Shown here one piece after another: positions 52,376 to 62,668 of a DNA stretch of 64,000 bases. The number at the start of each line of letters is the position of its first letter. Within the stretch, counting starts at the first letter, position 1. The stretch covers positions 111,053 to 175,052 of the forward strand of contig CAWKNZ010000006.1 of assembly GCA_963851265.1 (NCBI GenBank), read 5' to 3'. Below the pieces are notes generated by a model, which saw only the letters and a program-made list of their open reading frames with translations, did no database searches and had not been told where the DNA came from. The position numbers and the translations under genes were made by a program. The stretch comes from an uncultured Gemmatimonadales bacterium (lineage in GTDB: Bacteria; Gemmatimonadota; Gemmatimonadetes; Gemmatimonadales; Gemmatimonadaceae).

Positions 52376-53580
52376 GGCGGCGGGCATCGGGCTTGTTGCT
52401 CGCGGGCGCGCTGGCCGCGGGCGGGTTCGCGGCGGGCGCGTGTGCCGGCCGGGGACGGCCGGCGGCCGCGGCTCCGACTAACGACGTCGTCGCGGGCGCG
52501 ACGGCGCGCGCGGCCCGCACGGTCGACCCGCGCGCGACGGCCGAGACGCGCGCGCTGTTCGCCAACCTGCGCGGACTCGCCGGCCGGCGCATCCTGTTCG
52601 GACACCACGACGACCTCGCGTACGGCCACACGTGGGTCGACCAACCGGGGCGGTCGGACGTCAAGGAGGCCGGCGGCGCGTACCCGGCCCTGTACGAGTG
52701 GGACCTCTCGAACGTCGAGCGCGACCTGGCGGTCAACATCGACCACATCCCGTTCGCGCGCGTGCGCGGGTGGATCGTCGAGCGGTACGGGCGCGGGGAC
52801 GTGAACGTGCTGAGCTGGCACGTGAACAATCCCGTGTCGGGCGGGAACGCGTGGGACACGACCGCCGCGGTGGCCGACGTGCTTCCCGGCGGCGCGCGGC
52901 ACGCGCAGTACGCGCGGTGGCTGGACGGCGTCGCGACGTTCGTGACGAGCTTGCGCGCGCCCGGCGCCGGCGGGACGTTAGTCCCGGTCGTGTTCCGCCC
53001 GTTTCACGAGATGAGCGGGGGCTGGTTCTGGTGGGGCGCCCGCCACGCGACGCCCGAGCAGTACAAGCAGCTCTGGGCGTTCACGGTCACGTACCTGCGC
53101 GACGTGAAGGGCGTGCACAACGTGCTCTACGCGTACTCGCCGGACGTCTTCGACTCGCCCGACGCCTACCTCGCGCGCTACCCGGGCGACGCGTACGTCG
53201 ACGTGCTGGGGTACGACGACTACCAGAGCGTGCGCTCGCCCGCGACGCGCGCGACCATGACCGAGCGCATGCGGACGGTCGTGCGGCTCGCGGCCGAGCG
53301 CGGCAAGGTCGCCGCGCTCACCGAAACCGGCGTCGAGGGCGTGCCCGACTCGCTGTGGTGGACCGGCACGCTCCTCCCCGCGCTCGCGCAGGACTCGCTC
53401 ACGCGACGCCTCGCGTGGGTGTCGGTGTGGCGCAACGCGCCGACCTCGCCCGAGCACCCGCACCACTTTTACGCGCCGTACGCCGGGCAGGCGAGCGCGC
53501 CCGATTTCGCGCGCTTCCGGCGGGACCCCCTGATGGCGTTCGAGGGAGACGTGCCCGACCTCTACCGCGCGCCGCGATGA
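52372..53580 (+). CDS. GH26 beta-mannanase (putative lipoprotein)
   Basis: FGHHDD, SWH..NP, acid/base RPFHEMSGGWFWWG and nucleophile ALTETG; lipobox-like AGAC. Confidence 0.92.
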   Translation: MRRRASGLLLAGALAAGGFAAGACAGRGRPAAAAPTNDVVAGATARAARTVDPRATAETRALFANLRGLAGRRILFGHHDDLAYGHTWVDQPGRSDVKEAGGAYPALYEWDLSNVERDLAVNIDHIPFARVRGWIVERYGRGDVNVLSWHVNNPVSGGNAWDTTAAVADVLPGGARHAQYARWLDGVATFVTSLRAPGAGGTLVPVVFRPFHEMSGGWFWWGARHATPEQYKQLWAFTVTYLRDVKGVHNVLYAYSPDVFDSPDAYLARYPGDAYVDVLGYDDYQSVRSPATRATMTERMRTVVRLAAERGKVAALTETGVEGVPDSLWWTGTLLPALAQDSLTRRLAWVSVWRNAPTSPEHPHHFYAPYAGQASAPDFARFRRDPLMAFEGDVPDLYRAPR

Positions 53581-53690
53581 TCGGTCGCGGGTCGTTACTG
53601 GCCCCGTCCTCCGGACTGGCCGGCGGCGTGATCGACGGCGTGACCCGGTAGAGCCCGACTCGCGCACCCCTCTTCAACCCGCCCCCGATC

Positions 53691-55973
53691 GTGTCCGCCA
53701 CTGCAGTCGCCCCCACCCCGGAACGCCCCGTCCCACTCCGCGATGATGGGCGCGAGGCCGGCGCGTCGCGCGCGCGGGTCGACGCCCTCCTCGCACGCAT
53801 GACGCTCGAGGAGAAGGTGGGGCAGATGACGCAGATCAACCTCGGCGTGATTGCCGCCCCCGCCGCCGACCAGCGCCCCGGGCGCGTGACGCTCGACCGG
53901 CGCAAGCTCCGCGAGGCGCTCGTCACGCGGAACGTCGGCTCGATCATCAACGTGCTCGACGCGGCCCTGCCCGCCGAGGGGTGGCACGCCCTCGTCCGCG
54001 AGGTGCAGGACGTGGCGCTGCACGAGACGCGCCTCGGGGTGCCGGTGCTCTACGGCATCGATTTCGTGCACGGCGCGAATTACACGCAGGGCGGGACCAT
54101 ATTTCCGCACAACGTCGCGATGGGTGCGACGTTCGACGTGGCCCTCGCGCGCCGCGCGGGTGAAGTCACCGGGGCGGAGGCGCGGGCGTCGGGGCTGCCG
54201 TGGAACTTCGCGCCCGTGCTGGACGTGGGGCGCCAGCCGCTGTGGCCGCGCTTCTACGAAACGTTCGGCGAGGACCCGCTCGTGGCCGCGCGGCTCGGCT
54301 CGGCGTTCCTCGCCGGATCGCAGGCGGCGGGCGTCGCCGGCACCATGAAGCACTACCTCGGCTACGGCGCGCCGCGCTCGGGGCGCGACCGCACGCCGCC
54401 CGCGCTCACCGAGCGCGAGGTGCGCGAGGTGATCCTGCCTCCGTTCCGCGCGGCGGTGGCCGCGGGGGCGCGGACCGTGATGGTCAACTCGGGCGAGATC
54501 GATGGCGAGCCCGTGCACGCGAGCCGCCACTGGCTGATCGACGTCCTGCGCGGCGAACTCGGGTTCGACGGCGTCGTCGTCACCGATTGGGAAGACATCA
54601 TCTTCCTCCACACCCGGCACCGCGTCGCGGCCACGACGAAGGACGCCGTGCGCATGGCGATCGAGGCGGGGATCGACATGAGCATGACACCCCACGAGTT
54701 CGGCTTCGTGGACGACCTGATCGCCCTCGTACACGAGGGCGCGGTCCCCGAGCGGCGCGTGGACGAGAGCGTGAGGCGAATCCTCCTGCTGAAGGCCGAC
54801 GTCGGGCTGCTCGACCGGCCGTACCCGGACGCATCACTCGCCGCGCAGATCGGGACGCCCGAGGCCCGCGCGGTCGCGCGCCACGCCGCGCGCGACGCGA
54901 TCACCCTGCTCAAGAACGACGGCGTCGCAGCCGGTGCGGCTCCGGTGCTGCCGCTCGCGCCCGGCGCGCGCGTGCTCGTCACCGGGCCGGCGGCGCACTC
55001 GCTCGCCGCGCTCAACGGCGGGTGGACGTACACGTGGCAGGGCACCGAGCCGTGGCGGTTCCCGGCGGGGGTGCCGTCGCTGCTCGACGCCATCCGCTAC
55101 CACACCGACGCCGTGCGCTTCGTCGGCAACGCCGACGCGCGCGCCGCGTTCGCCGACCCGACCGACGTCGAGATTGCCGCCGCGGTGGCCGCCGCCCGCG
55201 ACGTCGACGTCGCGATCGTCGCGCTCGGCGAGTCCGGGTACGCCGAGTGGGTCGGCGACATCAGCGACCTCACCCTGTCGCCCGCGCAGCTCCGTCTCGC
55301 CCAGGCGGTCCAGGCGACCGGCGTCCCTACGGTGCTCGTGCTGCTCGAAGGACGCCCTCGCCTGGTGCGCGACGTCGTGCCGGGGGCGGCGGCGGTCGTG
55401 ATCGGCTACTGGCCCGGCATGGACGGCGCCGAAGCCGTCGCCGACGTGCTGTTCGGCGCCGTGAACCCGAGTGGGCGGCTGCCCTTCACGTACCCGAAGT
55501 GGCCCAACGCCCTCGCCACCTACGACCACAAGTTCACCGAGACGCTGGACATTGGCCTGACGCGTGCGTCGGGCGGGTTCGACCCGCAGTTCGAATTCGG
55601 GCACGGGCTGAGCTACACCACGTTCGGCTACGAGCAGCTGACGCTCGACCGCGACGCGATCGGCCGTGAGGAGCTGGTGCGGGGGGCGCGGGTGGCGGTC
55701 TCGGTGACCGTGACCAATACTGGGGGGCGCGCGGGCAAGGAGAGCGTCTTGCTCTTCATGCGCCAGCGCTACGCCACGATCACGCCGCCGGTGCGTCGGC
55801 TGCGCGGGTTCGAGAAGGTCGAGCTCGCGCCCGGCGCTTCACGCACCGTCCACGTCGCGCTCGCGGTTGACGACTTCTCGTACGTCGGCCGCGACGGCCG
55901 CGACGTGCTCGAAGCCGGCGCGTTCGACGTGATGGTCGGCGGCCTCACGCACAGCATCGAGGTGACACGATGA
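53691..55973 (+). CDS. GH3 beta-glucosidase (BglX-like)
   Basis: MTLEEKVGQM, ETFGED, KHY, nucleophile VTDWED, PQFEFGHGLSYT and a C-terminal Fn3-like domain. Confidence 0.93.
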   Translation: MSATAVAPTPERPVPLRDDGREAGASRARVDALLARMTLEEKVGQMTQINLGVIAAPAADQRPGRVTLDRRKLREALVTRNVGSIINVLDAALPAEGWHALVREVQDVALHETRLGVPVLYGIDFVHGANYTQGGTIFPHNVAMGATFDVALARRAGEVTGAEARASGLPWNFAPVLDVGRQPLWPRFYETFGEDPLVAARLGSAFLAGSQAAGVAGTMKHYLGYGAPRSGRDRTPPALTEREVREVILPPFRAAVAAGARTVMVNSGEIDGEPVHASRHWLIDVLRGELGFDGVVVTDWEDIIFLHTRHRVAATTKDAVRMAIEAGIDMSMTPHEFGFVDDLIALVHEGAVPERRVDESVRRILLLKADVGLLDRPYPDASLAAQIGTPEARAVARHAARDAITLLKNDGVAAGAAPVLPLAPGARVLVTGPAAHSLAALNGGWTYTWQGTEPWRFPAGVPSLLDAIRYHTDAVRFVGNADARAAFADPTDVEIAAAVAAARDVDVAIVALGESGYAEWVGDISDLTLSPAQLRLAQAVQATGVPTVLVLLEGRPRLVRDVVPGAAAVVIGYWPGMDGAEAVADVLFGAVNPSGRLPFTYPKWPNALATYDHKFTETLDIGLTRASGGFDPQFEFGHGLSYTTFGYEQLTLDRDAIGREELVRGARVAVSVTVTNTGGRAGKESVLLFMRQRYATITPPVRRLRGFEKVELAPGASRTVHVALAVDDFSYVGRDGRDVLEAGAFDVMVGGLTHSIEVTR

Positions 55974-57253
55974 ACCGCATGGTTGTCCAACGCTCGCGGG
56001 TGGGGCGCGTCGTACGCCTGACCGCCGCCTTCCTCGCGGTCGTCCTCGTGGCGCTCGCCGGACCGCTCGCGGGCGCGGCCGGGGCGCAGAAGTTCGAGCA
56101 CCTCGCGCAGACCCCGCCCATGGGGTGGAACAGCTGGAACAAGTTCGCCTGCAACGTGAGCGAGCAGCTGATCCGCGAGACGGCGGACGCGATGGTCACG
56201 TCGGGGATGCGCGACGCCGGCTACCAGTACGTCAACATCGACGACTGCTGGCACGGCGCGCGCGACAGCGCGGGCTTCATCCAGGTCGACGCCGCTCGGT
56301 TCCCGTCGGGAATGAAGGCGCTCGCCGACTACGTCCACGCGAAGGGCCTCAAGCTCGGCATCTATTCGGACGCGGGGTGGAAGACGTGCGGGGGACGGCC
56401 GGGAAGCCGCGGGCACGAGTACCAGGACGCGCTCACGTACGCACGCTGGGGCGTGGACTACCTCAAGTACGACTGGTGCAATACCGACTCGCTCAAGGCG
56501 CAGGGCGCGTACATCACGATGCGCGAGGCGCTCCGCGCGGCCGGGCGGCCGATCGTCTTCAGCCTGTGCGAGTGGGGCACCGCGCAGCCGTGGACGTGGG
56601 CCGCGTCGGTGGGCCACCTCTGGCGCACGACCACCGACATCACCAACTGCTTCGACTGCGTTCGCAACTACGGGGCGTGGGCGCCGGCGAGCGTGCTCAC
56701 GATCCTCGACAAGCAGAAGGAGCTGCGGCAGTACGCGGGCCCGGACCACTGGAACGACCCCGACATGCTGGAAGTCGGGAACGGGATGACGGCTGGCGAG
56801 GACCGCGCGCACTTCGCGATGTGGGCCATGCTCGCGGCGCCGCTCATCACCGGAACCGACCTGCGCAGCATGCCGGCCGAGACGCGCGCGCTGCTCACCA
56901 ACCGCGGGCTGATCGCGGTGGACCAGGACTCGTTAGGCGTTCAGGGCTTCGCGTCGCGCTCCACGCCGGACGGCGTCGAGGTGTGGCTCAAGCCGCTCGC
57001 GGGTGGGGACTGGGCGGTCGCGGTGCTCAACCGCTCGCTCGAGCCGCGCCGCGTGACGTACGACTGGCGCCGCGACGGCGTGGCCGATGGCCTCACGCAC
57101 CACTCGGCGGACTTCGCGGCCCACACGTACCGCGTGCGCGACCTGATCGCGGGGCGCGACCGGGGGACGACGGCCACCGCGCTCGTCGCGGACGTCCCCG
57201 CCCACGACGTGCTGGTGCTGCGCCTCAGCGCGCGGGAGACCGCGTCGCGCTGA
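55970..57253 (+). CDS. GH27 alpha-galactosidase, secreted
   Basis: PPMGWNSWN, NIDDCW, nucleophile YLKYDWC, WRTTTD and WNDPDMLEVG; signal peptide. Confidence 0.95.
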   Translation: MNRMVVQRSRVGRVVRLTAAFLAVVLVALAGPLAGAAGAQKFEHLAQTPPMGWNSWNKFACNVSEQLIRETADAMVTSGMRDAGYQYVNIDDCWHGARDSAGFIQVDAARFPSGMKALADYVHAKGLKLGIYSDAGWKTCGGRPGSRGHEYQDALTYARWGVDYLKYDWCNTDSLKAQGAYITMREALRAAGRPIVFSLCEWGTAQPWTWAASVGHLWRTTTDITNCFDCVRNYGAWAPASVLTILDKQKELRQYAGPDHWNDPDMLEVGNGMTAGEDRAHFAMWAMLAAPLITGTDLRSMPAETRALLTNRGLIAVDQDSLGVQGFASRSTPDGVEVWLKPLAGGDWAVAVLNRSLEPRRVTYDWRRDGVADGLTHHSADFAAHTYRVRDLIAGRDRGTTATALVADVPAHDVLVLRLSARETASR

Positions 57254-58574
57254 CGTGGTCGAAGATGTACCGGTCGAGAAACGCGTTGCGGAACTTGCCC
57301 TCGGGGTCGTGCGCCGCGAGCAGCGCGCGGAAGTCGGGGAGCCGGTCGTAGAGCGCGGCGATCCGGGACGGCGGTACGGTGAACAGCTTGCCCCAGTGCG
57401 GACGTGCGTCGAACGGTTCGAGGGCCGCCTCGATCGCGGGCAGCAGCGCACGCACCGCGGGCCAGTCGGGCGCCCACGTGAAGTGGATGCTGATGCAGTC
57501 GCGCCCGCGGCAGGGGCTCATCCACAGGTCGTCCGCCGCCACGGTGCGCAACTCGGAGACGAGCACGAGCGGCGCGATGCGCGCGCGCAGCGCGTCGACG
57601 GCCCGCAGCGCGTCGCGCGCGTGTTCGCGCGGCACCAGATAGTCGGTCTGCAGCTCGGCGCCGTTGCTCGGCGCGTAGTCCATGCGGAAGTGCGGCAGCC
57701 GGTCGTGCCACGGGCCGGGAAGGCCGAGCTGCTCGGTGCAGTTGGCGGGCGAGACGCCGAAGATGGGGTGGCGGTGGCCGGTGGCGGGCGTCGCCGCGCG
57801 CAGGGCCCGGGGGAGCGGGTGCGCGCCGTGCTCAGGGCGCCGCTTGAGCCACACCTGGTCAACGCGCGGACCTCGCCAGCGGGTGAACACGCTCACGCTG
57901 TAGGCGCTGCCCAGCACGTCGTCGAGCCCGGCCTCGAGTTCGGCGAGCGGAACGTCCTCGTACACGTGTTGCACGAGGTCGTACGCGGGGCGCACGTCCA
58001 GCGTGAGGCGTGTGACGACGCCGAGCCCGCCGAGTCCGACCACCGCGCCGCGGAACGCGTCGCCGTCGTGCTCGCGCGAGAGCGTGACCACGTCGCCCGT
58101 CGCGGTGACGAACTCCATTGCGGCCACGGCGGTGGCGAGGTTTGCGTTCTCGTCACCCGACCCATGCGTCGCGGTCGCGCACGCCCCCGCGACGGAGATG
58201 TGGGGCAGCGACGCGAGGTTGTGCAGCGCGTACCCCGCCTCGCTCAGCGCGCGCGCGAGCGTCCCGTAGCGGATGCCGCCCTCGACGGTCACGGTGCGCT
58301 GCGCCGGGTCGAGCGCCAGCACGCGATTCATGCGTTCGAGCGAGATCAAATCGCCGGTGGTGTCGGCGACGGCGTTGAAGGAGTGGCGTGAGCCGAGCAC
58401 CTTGACGCGGGTCGCGCCGGCGACGATCGCCTGCACCTCGTCGACCGTTCGGGGGTGGTGCAGGCGGGCCGCCTGGTACGTATAGTTGCCGGCCCAATTC
58501 GTCAGTGTCCCGTCAACCGCCTCCGCCGTCGCGCCTGTCACGATCGCCTGCTCCCCGGGGTTCGCGTCGTTCAT
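57225..58574 (-). CDS. FAD-linked alditol/xylitol oxidase (AldO/XyoA-like, VAO family)
   Basis: TNWAGN, GSRHSFN (His for covalent FAD), LASLPHISVAG..TATHG, ELQTDY and RPHWGK. Confidence 0.88.
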   Translation of the reverse strand: MNDANPGEQAIVTGATAEAVDGTLTNWAGNYTYQAARLHHPRTVDEVQAIVAGATRVKVLGSRHSFNAVADTTGDLISLERMNRVLALDPAQRTVTVEGGIRYGTLARALSEAGYALHNLASLPHISVAGACATATHGSGDENANLATAVAAMEFVTATGDVVTLSREHDGDAFRGAVVGLGGLGVVTRLTLDVRPAYDLVQHVYEDVPLAELEAGLDDVLGSAYSVSVFTRWRGPRVDQVWLKRRPEHGAHPLPRALRAATPATGHRHPIFGVSPANCTEQLGLPGPWHDRLPHFRMDYAPSNGAELQTDYLVPREHARDALRAVDALRARIAPLVLVSELRTVAADDLWMSPCRGRDCISIHFTWAPDWPAVRALLPAIEAALEPFDARPHWGKLFTVPPSRIAALYDRLPDFRALLAAHDPEGKFRNAFLDRYIFDHVSATRSPAR

Positions 58575-58673
58575 GTCCGACCGTGCACCCGCCGACGCGC
58601 GGCACACCGCGGTACATCCATGAAGATTAGCCGAGCCGTTCGCGCGGTGGTGACGCCGGCACCGTGTTCCCTG

Positions 58674-59918
58674 ATGCCGAGGCGGACCGTGGTGTTCGCG
58701 ATCGGTCTCGCCGTCGCGGCCGCGTTCGGCGCGGCGAGCCGTGCGCGCGCCCAACTCACGATCCGGCTCGCGGCGCTCCCGGCGCGAACGCCGGCGGGCG
58801 CCGTCGTGCACGTCGCCGGGACGTTCAACGGCTGGAACCCGGTGGCGAGCGACGCCGTACTCGCGCCGCAGGCGGATGGCGCGTACGCGATCACGCTGCC
58901 GGCCGCGGTGCGCGGCCCGGTCGCATTCAAGTTCACGCTCGGCTCGTGGCGGAGCGTCGAGACGACCGTCGACGGGCGCGACGTGCCCAACCGGACGGTG
59001 GTGGTCCCCGCGTCCGGCGCCGCCACGTACGACGCGACGGTCGCCGGCTGGCGCGACAGCACCTCGACCGCTCCGCCGCCTGCGTCCACCGCATCGCCGT
59101 CGGTCTCGATCCTGAGCGACAGCTTTCCGATGCCGCAACTCGGGCGCCGGCGTCGCGTGTGGCTTTACCTGCCGCCGGACTACGCAACGTCGCGGGCGCG
59201 CTACCCGGTGCTCTACATGCAGGATGGGCAGAACGTGTTCGATGCGGCGACGAGTTTCGCGGGCGAGTGGGGCGTCGACGAGACGCTCGATTCGCTGCAG
59301 GCGACCGGCGGGCGCGGCGCGATCGTCGTCGCGGTGGACAACGACGGCGCGCACCGGCTCGACGAGTACGACCCGTGGCGGAACGCGGACCCCGCGCTCG
59401 GTGGAGGCGAGGGCGACGCGTACGTCGACTTCCTCGCGCGCTCGCTCAAGCCCTACGTCGACGCGCACTACCGCACCCGCGCCGACCGGCTGCACACGGG
59501 CGTGGTCGGGTCGAGCCTCGGCGGGCTGATCGCGTTGTATGCGGCGCTCAAGTATCCGGGCGTGTTCGGGCGCGCGGGCGTGCTGTCGTGCGCGTGCTGG
59601 ATCGCGAAGCCGCAGTTGCTCGCCTATGCGCGCAAGGCACGGCCGGCGCGACCGTACGCGCGGCTCTATTTCGTCGTCGGCGCTCGCGAGACCGCGGACG
59701 GGCAGCCCGCGCGCGACCAGCAGGCGGTCGTCGACACGCTCGTGGCCGCGGGATTCCCGGTCGGCGTGGCCGACACCTCGGTCGTGCGCGCGGACGGGCA
59801 GCACGCGGAGTGGTTCTGGCGGCGCGAATTCCCCGCGGCGTACGCGTGGCTGTTCGGCGCGGCGCCCGCGGCTACCATACGTGCGCGGCGCCTCGTCCCG
59901 ACTCCTCCACGTCACTGA
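58674..59918 (+). CDS. Secreted alpha/beta-hydrolase esterase with an N-terminal CBM20/CBM48-like Ig domain
   Basis: VHVAGTFNGWNP..FKFTLGSW..VE followed by VWLYLPPDY, VLYMQDGQN and GSSLGG. Start is 58620 or 58674. Confidence 0.85.
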   Translation: MPRRTVVFAIGLAVAAAFGAASRARAQLTIRLAALPARTPAGAVVHVAGTFNGWNPVASDAVLAPQADGAYAITLPAAVRGPVAFKFTLGSWRSVETTVDGRDVPNRTVVVPASGAATYDATVAGWRDSTSTAPPPASTASPSVSILSDSFPMPQLGRRRRVWLYLPPDYATSRARYPVLYMQDGQNVFDAATSFAGEWGVDETLDSLQATGGRGAIVVAVDNDGAHRLDEYDPWRNADPALGGGEGDAYVDFLARSLKPYVDAHYRTRADRLHTGVVGSSLGGLIALYAALKYPGVFGRAGVLSCACWIAKPQLLAYARKARPARPYARLYFVVGARETADGQPARDQQAVVDTLVAAGFPVGVADTSVVRADGQHAEWFWRREFPAAYAWLFGAAPAATIRARRLVPTPPRH

Positions 59919-59921
59919 CCG

Positions 59922-60704
59922 ATGCATCGTCGTCACGCCATCCTCACTCCGCTCGCGGCGTCGCTCGCCGCGGCGGCCCTGCTCGCCGCCGCCGCGGCCG
60001 GCGCGCAGACGCCAGCGGCCGCGCCCGCAGCCGCGCCCGCTGCCACCTCCGCCGAACAGCGCTTGCACGACGACTGGGCCTATCTCGGGCGCTACCGCGG
60101 CGCGAACGCCGCGCTCTCCGCCCCCACATCGGGGGAGAACCGCGTGGTCTTCCTCGGCAACTCGATCACCGAGGCGTGGGCGCCGCTCTTCGCGCGGCAG
60201 TTCGCGGGCAAGCCGTACATCGGCCGTGGGATCAGCGGGCAGACCACGCCGCAGCTGCTCGTGCGGTTCCGACAGGACGTGCTCGACCTGCACCCGCGCG
60301 CGGTCGTGATCCTCGCGGGGACCAACGACATCGCGGGCAACACCGGGTCCAGCACGCTCGAGATGATCGAGGCGAACATCGCGTCGATGGTCGACCTCGC
60401 GCGGGCGAACGACGTGCGCGTGGTGCTGTGTTCGGTGCTGCCCGTGTACGACTACCCCTGGCGGCCGGGGCTCACGCCGGCGCCGAAGATCATCGCGCTG
60501 AACGCGTGGCTGCGCGACTACGCGCACCGGCGCGGGCTGGTGTACGCCGACTTCCACACGCCGATGGCCGATGCGCGCGGCGGGCTACCGGACAGCCTCG
60601 CCGCGGACGGCGTGCACCCCACCGCGGCGGGGTACGCGGTGATGGCGCCGATCGTCGAGCGGGCGATCGCCGAGGCACTCGGGCCGGCGGGCGCGGCACG
60701 CTGA
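59922..60704 (+). CDS. SGNH/GDSL hydrolase, secreted
   Basis: Blocks GNSITE, GISGQTT, GTND and DGVHP. Confidence 0.92.
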   Translation: MHRRHAILTPLAASLAAAALLAAAAAGAQTPAAAPAAAPAATSAEQRLHDDWAYLGRYRGANAALSAPTSGENRVVFLGNSITEAWAPLFARQFAGKPYIGRGISGQTTPQLLVRFRQDVLDLHPRAVVILAGTNDIAGNTGSSTLEMIEANIASMVDLARANDVRVVLCSVLPVYDYPWRPGLTPAPKIIALNAWLRDYAHRRGLVYADFHTPMADARGGLPDSLAADGVHPTAAGYAVMAPIVERAIAEALGPAGAAR

Positions 60705-60715
60705 CGCGCCGCGCT

Positions 60716-60740
60716 GACGCGCCGCGCGGGGCGGCGCGTC
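60716..60740. terminator. Hairpin between convergent genes
   Basis: GACGCGCCGC-GCGGG-GCGGCGCGTC perfect 10-bp stem. Confidence 0.4.
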
Positions 60741-60743
60741 GCG

Positions 60744-62609
60744 TCAGAACACGCACCCCGCGCGCGCCGGGATCGAGACCACGACCGCGCCGGCGTCGCG
60801 CCGCGGGGCCGGGCAGATGCCTAACGCGTCGGCGGCGGAGGCGCCGAGCGCCGCGGCGGGGAGCCGCACCTGCGTCGCGGCGGTGTCGTTGTTGAGCGCC
60901 ACGACCGTGCGCCCGCGGCGGTAGACGTACGCCTGGTCGCCGACGTACAGGTTCTCGGTGGCGGCGCGCGCGAGATCGGGACGCGCGGCGCGCAGTCGGA
61001 GGAGGGCCTGCACGTGCGCCCACACGGCCTGTTCGGCGGCCGACCGCCCGGACGCTTGGAAGGCGTCGTGGGCGTCGCCGGGCCACCCGCCCGGGAAGTC
61101 GCGCCGGTTGTCGGGGTCGTTGCCCCCCGCCATCCCGATCTCGTCGCCGTAGTAGAGCATCGGCGTGCCGCGCGCGGTGAAGAGGAAGGTGAACGCCAGG
61201 CGGAGTCCGTCGGTCGTGGCGCCGCGCTCGCTCATGAAGCGCCCCATGTCGTGCAGCCCCGCGAAGGTGACTAACGCATCGGGGTTGGGGTACAGCCGGT
61301 CGTGGGCGAGCACCTGCGCCACCTCGCGCACGGAGCGGCCGCGGGCGAACGCGTCGCGCACGGCGTAGTGCAGCGGAAAGTCGAACAGCGCGTCGACGCG
61401 GTCGTCGATGCGGTCGCCGGCGCCGTCGGGCTCGGCGCGGCCGCCCTGGAAGAAGGACACGAGCACCGGGTCGCCCTCGGAGACCTCGCCGACGACGCGC
61501 AGCGCGGGGTACTGCGCCTTGATCGCGCCCATCCAATCGCGCCAGAATCGACGCGGCACGTACGGCCAGGTGTCCTGCCGGATGCCGTCCATCCCGCTCA
61601 TGCCCACCCACCAGAGCGTGTTCTGGATGAGGTAGCGCGCGACGTCCGGGTCGTCCTGGTTGAGGTCCGGGAGGAGGTTGACGAACCACCCGTCGAGCGT
61701 CGCGGCGCGCACCGCCGGCGGGGAGTGCGGGTCCGTCACGGTCCACACCTGGAAGGTGTTGACGAGGTGGTTGGCCTCGGTGCCGTGGAACCACGTGGGG
61801 GTCGGCGGGTTGGTCACCCACGGGTGGTACGCGCTCGTGTGGTTCTCCACCATGTCGAGGATGATCTTGATCCCCTGCCGGTGCGCGTCGTCGACGAGCG
61901 CGCGGAAGTCGGCGAGCGTGCCGAAGTGCTCTTCCAGCCCGTAGTAGTCGACCGCGTGGTAGCCGTGGTAGGGCGTGGTCGGGTGGCCCGCGACGAGCTC
62001 CTTGCGGTCGATCTCGTTCGTGTTGTCGTACAGCGGGTTGATCCAGAGCGCCGTGACGCCTAACGACTTGAGGTAGGGCAGGCGCGCGCGGATGCCCGCG
62101 AGGTCGCCGCCGTGGTAGAAGTGCGAGTCGTTCCGGTCGAACATGCCCTTCGACGCCGCCGGGTCGTCGTTGGCCGGGTCGCCGTTCGCGAAGCGGTCGG
62201 GCATTATCAGGTAGATCACGTCGGACGGGCCGAAGCCCTGGAACCGCCCCGCCGCGGCGAGCGGCGCCGCGAGCACGAACGGCACCGGCGCCACCCCACC
62301 CGCCGTGCGGATCGCGAGCGGATACGATCCCGGGCGCGCCCCGCCCGGGATCGTCACGTCGGCGAACACGTAGGTGCCGGCCGCGTTGACCCGCACGCCG
62401 CCGCAACTCAGGCGTGGGCAGTCGAGGCGCGCGCCGGCGAGGTTCCGCCCGCGGATCAGCACGCGGACGGGGTTGATGGTGTGGCCGGTCCACCAGTTCG
62501 GCGGGTCGACCTTCTCGACCACGGGCGCGGCGGCCTGCGCGGCTGCAGCCGCGAACGGCGTGCCGAGCGACGCGAGCAGGATGACGACTCGGCGGATCAG
62601 ACGGAGCAT
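60744..62609 (-). CDS. GH13 cyclomaltodextrinase/neopullulanase (SusA-like), secreted
   Basis: N-terminal VDPPNWW domain, YLIMPDRFANGD, YHGY, DMVENH, GIRQDT (Asp), VGE (Glu) and LHD (Asp). Confidence 0.92.
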   Translation of the reverse strand: MLRLIRRVVILLASLGTPFAAAAAQAAAPVVEKVDPPNWWTGHTINPVRVLIRGRNLAGARLDCPRLSCGGVRVNAAGTYVFADVTIPGGARPGSYPLAIRTAGGVAPVPFVLAAPLAAAGRFQGFGPSDVIYLIMPDRFANGDPANDDPAASKGMFDRNDSHFYHGGDLAGIRARLPYLKSLGVTALWINPLYDNTNEIDRKELVAGHPTTPYHGYHAVDYYGLEEHFGTLADFRALVDDAHRQGIKIILDMVENHTSAYHPWVTNPPTPTWFHGTEANHLVNTFQVWTVTDPHSPPAVRAATLDGWFVNLLPDLNQDDPDVARYLIQNTLWWVGMSGMDGIRQDTWPYVPRRFWRDWMGAIKAQYPALRVVGEVSEGDPVLVSFFQGGRAEPDGAGDRIDDRVDALFDFPLHYAVRDAFARGRSVREVAQVLAHDRLYPNPDALVTFAGLHDMGRFMSERGATTDGLRLAFTFLFTARGTPMLYYGDEIGMAGGNDPDNRRDFPGGWPGDAHDAFQASGRSAAEQAVWAHVQALLRLRAARPDLARAATENLYVGDQAYVYRRGRTVVALNNDTAATQVRLPAAALGASAADALGICPAPRRDAGAVVVSIPARAGCVF

Positions 62610-62668
62610 GCGAGAGGGGCGCGAACGGTGAATGGCGCGAAGCTGATGCGAGACAAGATGGCGGCCGC

